Part shown: positions 8,419 through 18,755 of the stretch, piece after piece
How the letters are laid out: each line of letters starts with the position of its first letter
Position numbering within the stretch: position 1 is the first letter of the stretch
Assembly (NCBI GenBank): GCA_023458755.1
Contig: JAEWYE010000058.1
Span: forward strand, 7,505 to 71,504
DNA length: 64,000 bases
Direction: 5' to 3'
DNA from: Bacillota bacterium
GTDB taxonomy: Bacteria > Bacillota > Clostridia > Oscillospirales > Acutalibacteraceae
Made by a program: the position numbers and the translations under genes
The notes under the pieces: model-generated
The model's input: the letters and a program-made list of their open reading frames with translations, nothing else
The model's database searches: none
Told to the model about the DNA's origin: nothing

Positions 8419-10103
8419 CTGCTTTTCCTCCTTGCCGCATAGGTTCGTTCATCCGACGCCTTGACAAAGGCCAACAGGCCCCATACCGCCATCATACTGG
8501 AACCGCCGGCACTGATGAACGGCAGAGTTACACCGGTAAGCGGAAGCACGTCGGTCGCGCCGAAAATGTTCAGGCAGGTTTGAAATAAAAGCATGCCCGA
8601 GGCCGCACAGGCCGAGATGGAGTAAAAGGTGGAACGGCTGCGGGTTGCGTCGGAGCGGGCGAACAGGATCAGCGCCGCGAGCGTAAGTACCACAACAACA
8701 GCCAACACCAATCCGGTTTCCTCACAGAGCATACCGAAAACAAGGTCACTGTTGCCTGCAAATACATTTTTCAGGGAGCCGTTCCCAATGCCCAAACCGA
8801 ACAGGCCGCCGCTAGCGGCGTATGTGAGTACTCTGGTTTGCTGCATGCCGGCGTCGTTGATGTTAGCGGCATCCCAAATATGTCCCCAAAGCAAAAATCG
8901 GTCCGCTACATACGGCTTGAACTTTAAAATCAAAAATGCGCCGAATACCGCAACGGAGCATGCAAGGAATACGGTTCTCACGCTGCCGGAACGCATGAAC
9001 GCAATCAGCAAAAAGGTGATGAAAAAGATGGCCGCGGTGCCGAAATCGCGCATGAGAAACAATGCCCCCATACAGATGGCGGAAAAAATGATGAATTCTG
9101 TCAGGTTCTTGGCGGTTTGCAGCTTATCCAACGTGGCGGCGCCCGCAAAGATAAACGCGATTTTTATCAGCTCCGACGGCTGAATGCTCATTCCGGCAAT
9201 GTGTATCCAATTTTTCGCTCCGTTTACTTCTTTGCCCAGCACAATATTCACCGCAAACAGAAGAATGGCGGCAATTCCGATCGCTAAGCGGAATTTATTG
9301 ACACGGTCAAGATTCCCCATAAACGCGATTAGAATGCAGAACAGCACAATCCCCGCCGCCATGGTGGCAAGCTGCGTGTAGGTGGTTTTTATGTCCGCGC
9401 CGCTTAGCAGCAGAATGCCAATTCCGCTGAGCAGAAAGCCGATGGTTTCCACCTCAAAGCTTACCCGTCCAAGTCCTTTCATGGAAAAGAGGTACAGTCC
9501 CCACTCCATTACAAAAAGTGCGCCGAACGGAATAAGCGGCAGTACGGAAAAGTTTCCGCCCGCAAAACAGCATTGTGCGGACAGCAGGATTTGAATCAGC
9601 GTGACCGCCGCAAGCAAGCCGAACGGCGAGGCCGCCCGCCCCTGGTAAAGCCGGAAAAAACGGTTCTTTTTCGGTGTAAAACTGTCGGACGACTTCAACA
9701 TCAGAGCGGTAGAACCCATGGAAATCATGTCACCCGCAAGCACAGGCAGGCTTGGTTTTGCCTTTTGGCCGTTCACAAAGGTGCCGGATTTCGAACCGGT
9801 ATCGGTTACAATCCAGCCGCTTTCACGCCGCATCAGTACGGCATGGTCGCGGGAGGCGGTTACATCCGGCAGTACGATATCGCAGCTTTTGCTTCTTCCG
9901 ATTGAATTTTCCCAATATAGCACGGGGATAGACTTGTGTGTTACCATATCCTCTAAAATGATGACCGGCTCTTCGCGCCGTCTCCCTTTTTTCAGGGAGG
10001 TAAAGCATCTCCATACGACAACGATTGCAACAAGAGGAATCAAAATACGAAAAACAAACAATGAAATTGAAAGTATAAACTGAATAAAGGGATTTGTTAG
10101 CAC
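8415..10103 (-). CDS. FHA-domain-fused FtsW/RodA/SpoVE (SEDS) family peptidoglycan glycosyltransferase
   Basis: One N-terminal TM, then a canonical FHA domain (GR...SRDHAVL...NGTFVNG), then a ~10-TM SEDS core. Its end overlaps the PBP start by 4 nt, indicating an operon. Confidence 0.85.
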   Translation of the reverse strand: MLTNPFIQFILSISLFVFRILIPLVAIVVVWRCFTSLKKGRRREEPVIILEDMVTHKSIPVLYWENSIGRSKSCDIVLPDVTASRDHAVLMRRESGWIVTDTGSKSGTFVNGQKAKPSLPVLAGDMISMGSTALMLKSSDSFTPKKNRFFRLYQGRAASPFGLLAAVTLIQILLSAQCCFAGGNFSVLPLIPFGALFVMEWGLYLFSMKGLGRVSFEVETIGFLLSGIGILLLSGADIKTTYTQLATMAAGIVLFCILIAFMGNLDRVNKFRLAIGIAAILLFAVNIVLGKEVNGAKNWIHIAGMSIQPSELIKIAFIFAGAATLDKLQTAKNLTEFIIFSAICMGALFLMRDFGTAAIFFITFLLIAFMRSGSVRTVFLACSVAVFGAFLILKFKPYVADRFLLWGHIWDAANINDAGMQQTRVLTYAASGGLFGLGIGNGSLKNVFAGNSDLVFGMLCEETGLVLAVVVVLTLAALILFARSDATRSRSTFYSISACAASGMLLFQTCLNIFGATDVLPLTGVTLPFISAGGSSMMAVWGLLAFVKASDERTYAARRKSR

Positions 10104-10131
10104 CGGGTTGTCATCCCCCTTCCTGTATCGT

Positions 10132-11007
10132 TCAGCGGCTGCTTTCCGGCTGTGCTACAAGCCCGAGCTGCTGTATAAGCTGCGGCAGTCCCGCTTCGAA
10201 ATTCACGCCGAAGCGCGGATCCGTCCCGGACTCTTTTGTGCGCACGATGCTGCCATAGGTGAAATCAACCGCCGTCTGCATAGCCTTGTCCAAATCCATT
10301 CCGTTCAGCAGCCCTGCCAGCAGCGTACTGGCGAATACATCTCCGGTTCCGTGAAAAAATCCCTGCACACGCGGGGAAAAGGCATAGCTGAATTTTCCGT
10401 TTTCCCGGTTGTATCCGGCACAGCCCAAAAGTTCGGGACTGAACCATACACCGGTCAGCACCACCTGTTTTGGGCCGAATTTTGAAAGACGAACCAGCAA
10501 TCCTTCAATGTAGCTGCGTTCATACGGGCCGTCATAGAATTCCTCCCCCAGCATGAATGCCGCTTCGGTCAGGTTTGGCACAATGATGTCCGCTTTTTTG
10601 CAGAGCTTCACCATGCCTCCAGCCATCTGTGAGGTGTAGGTAGGGTAAAGCTTGCCGTTGTCCGCCATGACGGGGTCGACTAGAATAAGATTATTTTTTG
10701 TTTTGAACAAATCAAAGATATCGGACACGATGGCAATCTGCTCAAAAGAACCCAAGAAACCGCTGTAAAGCGCATCAAACTTCAAGTCAAGACTTTTCCA
10801 GTGGTTTGCGAACGGTAGCATATCCTCCGTCAGGTCACGGTACGTATAGCCCGTAAAACCGCCGGTATGAGTAGAAAGCACCGCGGTGGGCAGTACGCTT
10901 ACGCCGATGCCCGCGGCGGAAAGAATTGGCAAGGCGACTGTTAGGGAGCATTTCCCAAAACCGGATATATCGTGAATGGCCGCCACTGTTTTTTGATTTT
11001 CCATCAA
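10132..11007 (-). CDS. pdxK: Pyridoxal/pyridoxamine kinase (ribokinase superfamily)
   Basis: PdxK/PdxY fold with the C-terminal GTGD anion-hole motif. Confidence 0.85.
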   Translation of the reverse strand: MMENQKTVAAIHDISGFGKCSLTVALPILSAAGIGVSVLPTAVLSTHTGGFTGYTYRDLTEDMLPFANHWKSLDLKFDALYSGFLGSFEQIAIVSDIFDLFKTKNNLILVDPVMADNGKLYPTYTSQMAGGMVKLCKKADIIVPNLTEAAFMLGEEFYDGPYERSYIEGLLVRLSKFGPKQVVLTGVWFSPELLGCAGYNRENGKFSYAFSPRVQGFFHGTGDVFASTLLAGLLNGMDLDKAMQTAVDFTYGSIVRTKESGTDPRFGVNFEAGLPQLIQQLGLVAQPESSR

Positions 11008-11265
11008 ACTGTTCCATGCCTTTCTGTTATGCGTTTCTCTGCTGAGAGTCTAGTACGCCGAATGAATTAGCAGATAGGATAAATACTCCAAGTACGGTAT
11101 CTATATTATACCTATCATATTTTATTATAGCACGAAATGTCAAGATAAAATCCATCATAATAAGAAATGAATATTATAAATGTGAAAAAACAGATTGAAG
11201 CCTAGCATTTTAAAATTAAAAAAGAAAATGGCCGCTTCCCGGAAAAAGAAAAGCAGCCAATTACT

Positions 11266-12780
11266 TTATTTATGATTTACATGGTCAATAAAGCGCAGAA
11301 AAGCGGATTTGCCTTCGGGGGCATCTTTGTACACACCCGCGTTGCCGAGTATCTTTGAGAAAATGATTCCAACATCTTGCTGAACAGCCTCATGAATTTC
11401 CTGCGGAGCAAGATGCCTTGCTTTGAGTTCTTCGTACCATTCCAAATGTTTTTGCATGGTTTCGTCTTTTTGCAGTTCTGTTTCTTTATCTGGATTTTCT
11501 AAATAATATTCCAGCGTCTCCAGTTCCGATTTTAGGCGGGCTGGCAAAATCGCAAGACCCATTACTTCAATCAGACCGATGTTTTCCTTTTTAATGTGAT
11601 GATATTCCGCATGAGGATGGAAAATACCGAGCGGATGCTCCGCCGTGGTACGGTTATTGCGCAGCACGAGGTCAAGCACAAACCGTTCGCCGCAGCGGCG
11701 CGCGACCGGCGTAATGGTATTATGGGGTATCTCGCCGCTGAAAGCGAGAATATTCGCCTGTTCGTCCGAGTAATCGCGCCATTTGGTCAGAATCTTGTCC
11801 GCCAAATCGCATAGTCGAGATTTATTTGTTCCGCTTAGCCGGATTACCGACATTGGCCAGTGTACCAGTCCGGAATCAATATCTTCATAGCCGTCAAATT
11901 GTATGTTTCGGTACACCGGCGCCTTCATCATCGGGAATTCAAAGCTGCCGCCCTGAAAATGGTCGTGTGTCAGAATGGAGCCCCCGACAATCGGCAGATC
12001 GGCGTTGGAACCGATAAAATAGTGCGGAAAGAGAGTGACAAAGTCCAGCAAATGCTCAAAAGCTTTGCGCGATATTTTCATCGGAACATGCTGTTCGTTC
12101 AAAATAATACAGTGCTCGTTGTAATATACATAGGGGGAATACTGCAAAAACCAGCGTTCTCCGCAAAGTGAAATCGGAATCAGCCGGTGATTGGCGCGCG
12201 GCGCCTGTGTAAGATTTCCCGCAAATCCTTCATTTTCTCGGCAAAGGGCGCATTTGGGATAACCGCTTTGCACGGTATTGCGGGCTGCTGCTATGGCTTT
12301 CGGGTCTTTTTCCGGTTTGGAAAGGTTTACGGTAATTATGATATCTCCGTATGCGGTTGGCACTTTCCAAAGCTTATCCTTTGCTACGCGGTCAACACGG
12401 ATATAATTGGAACTGCGGCTCAAATCGTAGTAATAATCCGTGGCGGCTTTGGGGGATTGTGCGTAAAGCTCGTCAAACAAACGGATTACTTCGGACGGGC
12501 GCGGCATGATACATGCCATTAGCTCCGTGTCAAATAGATCACGGTAGGTGGTGGTGTCTTCGGGGAACAGTCCCTGTTTAAAGGCCCAGTCAAGAATATT
12601 ATTTAGGATTGGTTCGGCGCAGGGCAAATTTTCCTCCGCAATCGAAACCGGACAGAATTCCTGCAATTTCAGCACATTCAGAATACGGTTGATTGCAAAT
12701 ACACAGTCATTTTCCTGCAGTAATTTGTGTTTTAGGCCGAACTGAACCAAGCGCTGGATTTCAGCGCTAATTTTTTGCAT
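11266..12780 (-). CDS. galT: Galactose-1-phosphate uridylyltransferase, Firmicutes long form (GalT family 2)
   Basis: ~500 aa, N-terminal MQKISAEIQRLVQFGL..., overall match to Gram-positive GalT. Confidence 0.9.
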   Translation of the reverse strand: MQKISAEIQRLVQFGLKHKLLQENDCVFAINRILNVLKLQEFCPVSIAEENLPCAEPILNNILDWAFKQGLFPEDTTTYRDLFDTELMACIMPRPSEVIRLFDELYAQSPKAATDYYYDLSRSSNYIRVDRVAKDKLWKVPTAYGDIIITVNLSKPEKDPKAIAAARNTVQSGYPKCALCRENEGFAGNLTQAPRANHRLIPISLCGERWFLQYSPYVYYNEHCIILNEQHVPMKISRKAFEHLLDFVTLFPHYFIGSNADLPIVGGSILTHDHFQGGSFEFPMMKAPVYRNIQFDGYEDIDSGLVHWPMSVIRLSGTNKSRLCDLADKILTKWRDYSDEQANILAFSGEIPHNTITPVARRCGERFVLDLVLRNNRTTAEHPLGIFHPHAEYHHIKKENIGLIEVMGLAILPARLKSELETLEYYLENPDKETELQKDETMQKHLEWYEELKARHLAPQEIHEAVQQDVGIIFSKILGNAGVYKDAPEGKSAFLRFIDHVNHK

Positions 12781-12798
12781 ATTCGAACACCCTTACTT

Positions 12799-13467
12799 TC
12801 AATATTTCTCCGCAACTTCACCGCAGCGCTTATAGATGCTGTCGGCAGGAATAAATCCGCGCACCATGGAGAGCGGATAAATGTTGCTGTGTCTGCCGAT
12901 TACGGTACCGGGGTTCAGAACGGAGTTGCATCCGACTTCCACGTTGTCACCCAGCATTGCGCCGAATTTTTTAAGGCCGGTTTCAATCTTTTCACCGTTT
13001 ACATGTACTGTGACCAGCGTCTTGTCCGATTTTACGTTTGAGGTGATGGAGCCTGCACCCATGTGCGATTTATAGCCCAAAACCGAGTCACCTACATAGT
13101 TGTAATGCGGCACCTGTACATTGTCGAAAATAATGACATTCTTTAATTCAGTGGAGTTGCCCACTACGCAGTTGGCACCTACCAGAGCGTTTCCGCGAAT
13201 AAAGGCGCACTGACGCACTTCGGTGTTGGGGCCAATGATGGTTGGGCCGGCAATATAGGCGGAATCAAACACTTTGGCGGAACGTGCGATCCATACATTT
13301 TCACCGCGGCGTTCATACTCTTCTTCGGAAAGACTTGCGCCTAACTCTAAAATGAAGCTGCCGATTTTCGGCAAAACTTCCCACGGATAAACCGCTTGCT
13401 GTAAAAGCGGAGCGGCGGCTGTATGCGTGAGGTCATATAAATTTTCAATCGTAACATTTTCGTGCAT
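12799..13467 (-). CDS. Left-handed beta-helix (hexapeptide-repeat) protein, sugar-nucleotidyltransferase C-terminal-domain-like
   Basis: Repeated [LIV]-G-x-x-x-x hexapeptide units (VGANCVVGNSTEL, GDSVLGYKSHMGAGS...). No N-terminal NTP-transferase domain. Confidence 0.55.
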   Translation of the reverse strand: MHENVTIENLYDLTHTAAAPLLQQAVYPWEVLPKIGSFILELGASLSEEEYERRGENVWIARSAKVFDSAYIAGPTIIGPNTEVRQCAFIRGNALVGANCVVGNSTELKNVIIFDNVQVPHYNYVGDSVLGYKSHMGAGSITSNVKSDKTLVTVHVNGEKIETGLKKFGAMLGDNVEVGCNSVLNPGTVIGRHSNIYPLSMVRGFIPADSIYKRCGEVAEKY

Positions 13468-13626
13468 GTTGTTTCTCCTTCGCGCTGCAATGCTGCAAGC
13501 GCTGTATTTATTATATTTTTTATTGCTGCTGCGGTCAATATCCTTATCTGCCGTATTTATTCAATATTGTATCATATCCTAAGGGAAGCCGCACGGATTT
13601 CATGAAAAAGGGCTGCTATAAATGGG

Positions 13627-15327
13627 TCACGGGCCGGCGGTCACAAGTCTCTTCAAAAGAAGCAGGTCAGTAGTATCCACGATGCCGTCATTATCTATGT
13701 CCGCTGCCTGAAGATAAACGCCGCTTAAGCTGCTGCCGTTGTTCAAATGGGCGTATAAAAGACGCTCATCCCGCGAGGTAAGGTTGCCGGATCCGACGAA
13801 ATCCCCTTTTACAACAGCGACCAAATGGTCGATTATACGCTCGTTATCCCGCAGCTCAATGGAAGTGCCCGTACCGATGTTGCCGCTTTCCAGAACGGTG
13901 CCGTTCGGTTTTACCGCGCGTAGCGTGGCGGAACCCATATCAATCCCACTTTTCAGCCGCGCGAAAGTGGTGGAAGCGTTCACGTAAAGCAACCCTTCAT
14001 TTCGGTCAATAGCATATGCGGTGCTTTTTATGCTTGTGGGAATATTAGGAAGACTACCCGTGCCGGAGCTTTCGGGAGCGCTTGGGTCGGAGCCGGCCGG
14101 CGGATTCAGCGGTTCACTGGAAGTGTCGGGGTTAGCGGAAGAACTCGAAACAGATGGAATACCGGAGCTGCCTGTACCGCCGGTACTGCCGGAACTTGGC
14201 GTACTCTCAGTCGGAGAAGAAGAACTGTAGGCCGGTTGACTTTCGCTTGGGGTACTGCTTGCGCCGTTTGTGGTTGGTTTGCTCAAGTCGACAAAGCGAA
14301 TGGTGCTGTCCTGAGAAACAATCGCGGCGGCAACCGTTCCGTTCGCTGCCAAATCGAGCAAATCACCGTCAAATTTGTATTCGGAAAGGAAAGTGCCGTC
14401 GGTGGCGAATTTTCCTACGGTACGGGAGCCGGTTTTGCACAGAATTTCACCGGTACTCAGCATACAGGCGACATCTCCGGTTCCTCCGGTATCTTTTACC
14501 TTGTGAAAAACCGGCGGATTTCCCTGCACCCGGAAAATGGTTCCGTTTGTATCCACTGCAACCGAATTGCTTAAAAACCGATAAGGGATTGCCGGCATAT
14601 CCGAGGAAAACAAAGAGGGCTCCTTGTTTGGTGCACCGGGTTTTACGTTTGCAACCGCAATCTTGGTTCCGGAACTATAAGTGATATAGAGGTAAGAATC
14701 AGGGGACACACAAATGGATGCGAAGTCCCCGTGCGTACCGGTAATAGTGGCTGCAGGCAAGGAAGAACCACTGCTGAAAACAGAAAAAATGTTCTTTGCG
14801 GCACTGTCCAGCACGTATACATTTCCGTTGTTGTCTTCCGTAATTCCCTGCGGGACTTGATTGTTAATATTGCTTAACTTATAGGAAGCATCAAAGAAAT
14901 TTTCAGCTTTTCCTAACGGATACCGTGAAACATCAATACCGGATGCTGCGGTATCCGGGGCTGCTTTTGTCGGCCCGGCAAAATAAATCTCTCCGTTGTG
15001 TGATTCTGCACAGCTATAGGCGTAATCCAGAGTGATACCGCTGCTAGCGGAAAGACATCCTTCATTGGATAAATAAGTGATTTTTGTAGCGTTACCGTCT
15101 GTGCTGGCCAAAATAAAACCAGCACTTTCATTTGGAAACAGATGAATATTCTTTGAATAAACGGATGTGTCCGGGATTTCTTCACCGATTGGTTTCGTAC
15201 TTATTCCCGCTGCCGCACCATAGCATATAAGTAGAATCATTAGGACAGCACTTGCAGAAATAAGAAAATGCCGTCTTGCCAGCCGCTTCACAGCATCACC
15301 CCATTTTATATTTACAAATTGTAACAT
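13627..15327 (-). CDS. Secreted repeat (beta-propeller-like) protein with Ser/Thr/Pro-rich linker and dockerin-like C-terminal module
   Basis: Signal peptide, a long STP-rich low-complexity linker, and the C-terminal DIDNDGIVDTTDLLLLKRLV, which matches the dockerin calcium-binding loop pattern. Confidence 0.5.
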   Translation of the reverse strand: MLQFVNIKWGDAVKRLARRHFLISASAVLMILLICYGAAAGISTKPIGEEIPDTSVYSKNIHLFPNESAGFILASTDGNATKITYLSNEGCLSASSGITLDYAYSCAESHNGEIYFAGPTKAAPDTAASGIDVSRYPLGKAENFFDASYKLSNINNQVPQGITEDNNGNVYVLDSAAKNIFSVFSSGSSLPAATITGTHGDFASICVSPDSYLYITYSSGTKIAVANVKPGAPNKEPSLFSSDMPAIPYRFLSNSVAVDTNGTIFRVQGNPPVFHKVKDTGGTGDVACMLSTGEILCKTGSRTVGKFATDGTFLSEYKFDGDLLDLAANGTVAAAIVSQDSTIRFVDLSKPTTNGASSTPSESQPAYSSSSPTESTPSSGSTGGTGSSGIPSVSSSSANPDTSSEPLNPPAGSDPSAPESSGTGSLPNIPTSIKSTAYAIDRNEGLLYVNASTTFARLKSGIDMGSATLRAVKPNGTVLESGNIGTGTSIELRDNERIIDHLVAVVKGDFVGSGNLTSRDERLLYAHLNNGSSLSGVYLQAADIDNDGIVDTTDLLLLKRLVTAGP

Positions 15328-15456
15328 TATATTCTAAAATGTATACAATTTTGTGAATATTTTTCATACAATGAAATCCATACCGCCGCTTTGATGATAA
15401 ACAGTGCAAGCTTTCTATCAGCATATGCGTGTTTGAACTGGAAAGGATGACTCAAT

Positions 15457-16410
15457 ATGACGAAAATTTGTATATTAGATGGCTACACAACGAATCCGGG
15501 CGACGTAAGCTGGAAAAAACTCGAAGATTTAGGTGAAGTGACCGTTTTTGACCGTACCCCGAAAGAACTGATTTTAGAACGGGTAAGGGACGCACAGATC
15601 ATCATAACCAATAAAACGCCTCTTGACCGTGAGACCATATTTGCTTTGCCGAACATGCGGTATATCGGTACACTGGCGACAGGCTACAATGTAATTGATA
15701 CTGCCGCAGCCCGTGAGCGCGGTATTCCTGTGTGTAATGTGCCGACCTACTGCACGAAAGCGGTAGCGCAGCACACATTCGCATTGCTGCTGGACCTTGC
15801 CAGCCATGTACATGAACACAGTGAAACCGTGCGCAAGGGGCAATGGGCGACCAGTGTGGATTTTTGTTATTGGAAAACGCCGATCGTCGAATTGGAGGGG
15901 AAAAGCATCGGAATTATCGGGTTTGGCAATATCGGTAAAGCGGTTGCGGACATTGCGCTTGCCATGGGCATGAAGGTGCTGGTATCCAGCCGCACGGAAC
16001 GAAACATGCCGGAAGGCTGCCGCTGGGTGACACAGGAGGAGCTGTTCGCGCAAAGCGATGTGATTACCATCCATTGCCCGCTTACCCCACAGACCACCGA
16101 GCTGATTCATCGGGAAACATTACAACAAATGAAAAACACGGCGATTCTCATCAACACTTCGCGCGGGGGCGTTATTCATGAACAAGACCTTGCGGATGCG
16201 CTGAACAACGGCGAAATTGCGGCTGCTGGGTTAGATGTGCTTACCAACGAGCCGCCTAAGGCCGATAATCCGCTTCTCACCGCAAAAAATTGCGTCATCA
16301 CACCCCACATTGCATGGGCGTCCCACGATTCACGGGAGCGTTTAGTCGAGATTGTTGCGCAAAATGTACTAGAATTTTTACGTGGACAACCACAAAATGT
16401 AGTCAATTAA
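15457..16410 (+). CDS. D-isomer-specific 2-hydroxyacid dehydrogenase (glycerate/hydroxypyruvate reductase-like)
   Basis: GxGxxG NAD-binding motif GIIGFGNIGKAVA and a catalytic His in ITPHIAW. Confidence 0.85.
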   Translation: MTKICILDGYTTNPGDVSWKKLEDLGEVTVFDRTPKELILERVRDAQIIITNKTPLDRETIFALPNMRYIGTLATGYNVIDTAAARERGIPVCNVPTYCTKAVAQHTFALLLDLASHVHEHSETVRKGQWATSVDFCYWKTPIVELEGKSIGIIGFGNIGKAVADIALAMGMKVLVSSRTERNMPEGCRWVTQEELFAQSDVITIHCPLTPQTTELIHRETLQQMKNTAILINTSRGGVIHEQDLADALNNGEIAAAGLDVLTNEPPKADNPLLTAKNCVITPHIAWASHDSRERLVEIVAQNVLEFLRGQPQNVVN

Positions 16411-16537
16411 CAAAAAAGCGACCGGCGCATTTTTATGCACCGGTCATTTTATTTGAAGTTGACGCATGAAAAATCAAGTTGTATTTGTACAAGCACGCAA
16501 GGGAAAGTTCCATAAAATTCAAAAATCCTGTAAAAAA

Positions 16538-16572
16538 GGCAAAAACCGGCGTTTGCCGGTTTTTGCCTTTTG
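16538..16572. terminator. Rho-independent terminator (second of two after the 2-hydroxyacid dehydrogenase)
   Basis: ggcaaaaaccggc-gttt-gccggtttttgcc followed by tttt. A weaker hairpin lies at 16419..16446. Confidence 0.6.
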
Positions 16573-17038
16573 GGGAGGAGTTGTATTGAAAAAGGAGCGG
16601 TATTCCATACCGCAGAACTTATAAGCAAGTGAATATTTATGAGTGTCTAACTCATGTATCGTTTCTATGGTATTATTATAAGGCACAAGATATGGTATGT
16701 CAACGATTTCTATTCCTGCTGCGCCTTAATCTCCCTTTTGAATAAATTGTGTTTTACGATACCTCTCTTTTTAATATTTTTGACGGACATTTTTCCTTTT
16801 ATACACAGATCTATTCATATTTCTGTAAAAAACGGATAAATTGTTACGGCTTTTTCTCCATCCATAAAGGAACAGATGTCGGCTCTTCCCACTTTTCTGC
16901 AGGCGCCCGCCTTTTTTGTTGTATTTATAAAGCTGAAATGGTAGAATAATAGAAATTTAAAAATATCTTTTTGCACGGTTGTGAAAGTGGAAGGACGCTT
17001 TTCTAAACGTGAGAAATAAAGGTTGAAAAGAGAAAATT

Positions 17039-18433
17039 ATGAATATAAAAAAGAATGATATTGTCGAACTGGAGATTACCGGGCTAACCGCGGAGGGCAG
17101 CGGAGTTGGCAGGGTAGAGAATATTGCGGTTTTTGTGCCGGCTTCCGCTGTTGGCGACAAGCTGCGCGTGCGAATTTTAAAAACAGCAAAAACATATGCT
17201 TTTGGAAAAATTGAGCGGATACTAGTGCCGTCCCAAGACCGAACCCCGGTGGACTGCTCCCAGTTTTTGCGCTGCGGCGGCTGTGCATTTCGCCACATTT
17301 CCTATGAGGCGGAACTGCGGGCGAAAGAGCAGCGGGTGCACGATGCCATGCTGCGCATCGGCGGCTTTGCGGATTTAAACATTATGCCGATTGTGGGAGC
17401 ACAGCGGTCGGACCGCTACCGCAATAAAGCACAGCTTCCAATCGGCAAAGGTGCAAGTCAAGAGATTACAATGGGCTTTTTTGCCACTCACAGCCATCGG
17501 ATTATTGATTGTGAAGAATGCCTGCTGCAGCCTTCGGTGTTTGCGGATGCGATGAACGCGGTGAAAGAATGGGCAAAGCAGAGCGGCGAAGATGTATATG
17601 ATGAGGAAAGCGGAAGGGGACATTTGCGTCACCTTTACCTTCGTCAGGCGGAAGCAACCGGAGAAATTATGGTATGCTTAGTGGTAAACGGTAACGGTGT
17701 TCATGGTGAAGCGGAACTGGCCGAGCTTTTAAAGGAACGGGTCGCCGGATTAAAAAGTGTAATCATCAACAGCAACCGTGAAAAAACAAATGTGGTGCTG
17801 GGCAGAAAGTGCAGGACGGTGTGGGGCAGCGACTATATTACCGATACCCTTTGCGGTTTGAAATTTCACATTTCCCCCTTGTCATTTTATCAGGTGAACC
17901 GCACCCAAGCGGAGCGGTTGTATGCGATTGCAGCACAATACGCGGAACTCACCGGAAGGGAAACGTTGCTGGATCTGTATTGTGGAACCGGCACGATCGG
18001 GCTTTCCATGGCCAAAAGAGCCAAACGCTTAATCGGCGTGGAAGTGGTGGAGCAGGCGGTGGAGGATGCACGCAAAAACGCGGCGCTGAACGGTATTGAG
18101 AATGCCGAGTTTTTGTGCATGGATGCCGCAAAGGCGGCTTCTATGCTGAAAGATCGGGGTGAACGCCCGAATGTGGTGGTACTCGATCCCCCGCGCAAGG
18201 GCTGTGATGCAGATCTGATTGAAACCGTGGTAACCATGTTGCCGGAGCGTGTTGTTTATGTTTCCTGTGACCCGGCTACGCTTGCCCGCGATCTCAAACT
18301 GTTTGCCTCCAAGGGCTATGCCCCTCAAGTTTTAACCCCTGTGGATATGTTTCCCCGAACGGCTCATACAGAATGTATCTGTCTGCTTGAACATTCTGCC
18401 GAGGAGAAGATAAAATATGAATCAGTTCTTTAA
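17039..18433 (+). CDS. rlmD: 23S rRNA (uracil-C5)-methyltransferase RlmD/RumA
   Basis: N-terminal TRAM domain, a Cys4 cluster (CSQFLRCGGCAF...C...C), SAM-MTase motifs and a catalytic Cys near the C-terminus. Confidence 0.9.
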   Translation: MNIKKNDIVELEITGLTAEGSGVGRVENIAVFVPASAVGDKLRVRILKTAKTYAFGKIERILVPSQDRTPVDCSQFLRCGGCAFRHISYEAELRAKEQRVHDAMLRIGGFADLNIMPIVGAQRSDRYRNKAQLPIGKGASQEITMGFFATHSHRIIDCEECLLQPSVFADAMNAVKEWAKQSGEDVYDEESGRGHLRHLYLRQAEATGEIMVCLVVNGNGVHGEAELAELLKERVAGLKSVIINSNREKTNVVLGRKCRTVWGSDYITDTLCGLKFHISPLSFYQVNRTQAERLYAIAAQYAELTGRETLLDLYCGTGTIGLSMAKRAKRLIGVEVVEQAVEDARKNAALNGIENAEFLCMDAAKAASMLKDRGERPNVVVLDPPRKGCDADLIETVVTMLPERVVYVSCDPATLARDLKLFASKGYAPQVLTPVDMFPRTAHTECICLLEHSAEEKIKYESVL

Positions 18434-18710
18434 GCAGGTATATGACATTGTAGAGCAGATACCTTATGGGATGGTGGCTTCATTTGGTCAGATTGCACAC
18501 ATGCTGGGACGGCCCCGCGCGGCGCGAGAGGTTGGTTGGGCCATGCGGTGCTGTCCTGATGGTTTGCCTTGGCAGAGGGTGGCCATGAAGGATGGTACGA
18601 TTGCGGGCGGTATTTATGCGGATATGCGCAGAACCATTCTTGAAGCCGAAGGAGTACTATTTTTGCCTGATGGACGTGTGGATATGGATTTATGCCGTTG
18701 GTTCGGTTAA
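18417..18710 (+). CDS. MGMT-family protein (alkyltransferase-like, DNA-binding domain only)
   Basis: Ogt/Ada C-terminal DNA-binding fold with PWQRV in place of the catalytic PCHRV. It overlaps the rlmD stop. Confidence 0.7.
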   Translation: MNQFFKQVYDIVEQIPYGMVASFGQIAHMLGRPRAAREVGWAMRCCPDGLPWQRVAMKDGTIAGGIYADMRRTILEAEGVLFLPDGRVDMDLCRWFG

Positions 18711-18755
18711 GCGTGGTGCAAACAACGGATATAGGATTGAAAAGGGTAATATTGT

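Noticed and set aside
16654-16949. Two overlapping small ORFs (61 and 66 aa) in the 630-bp intergenic region before rlmD
   Set aside because: AT-rich, low-complexity translations with no RBS and no recognisable motif. The region looks like promoter and terminator space.
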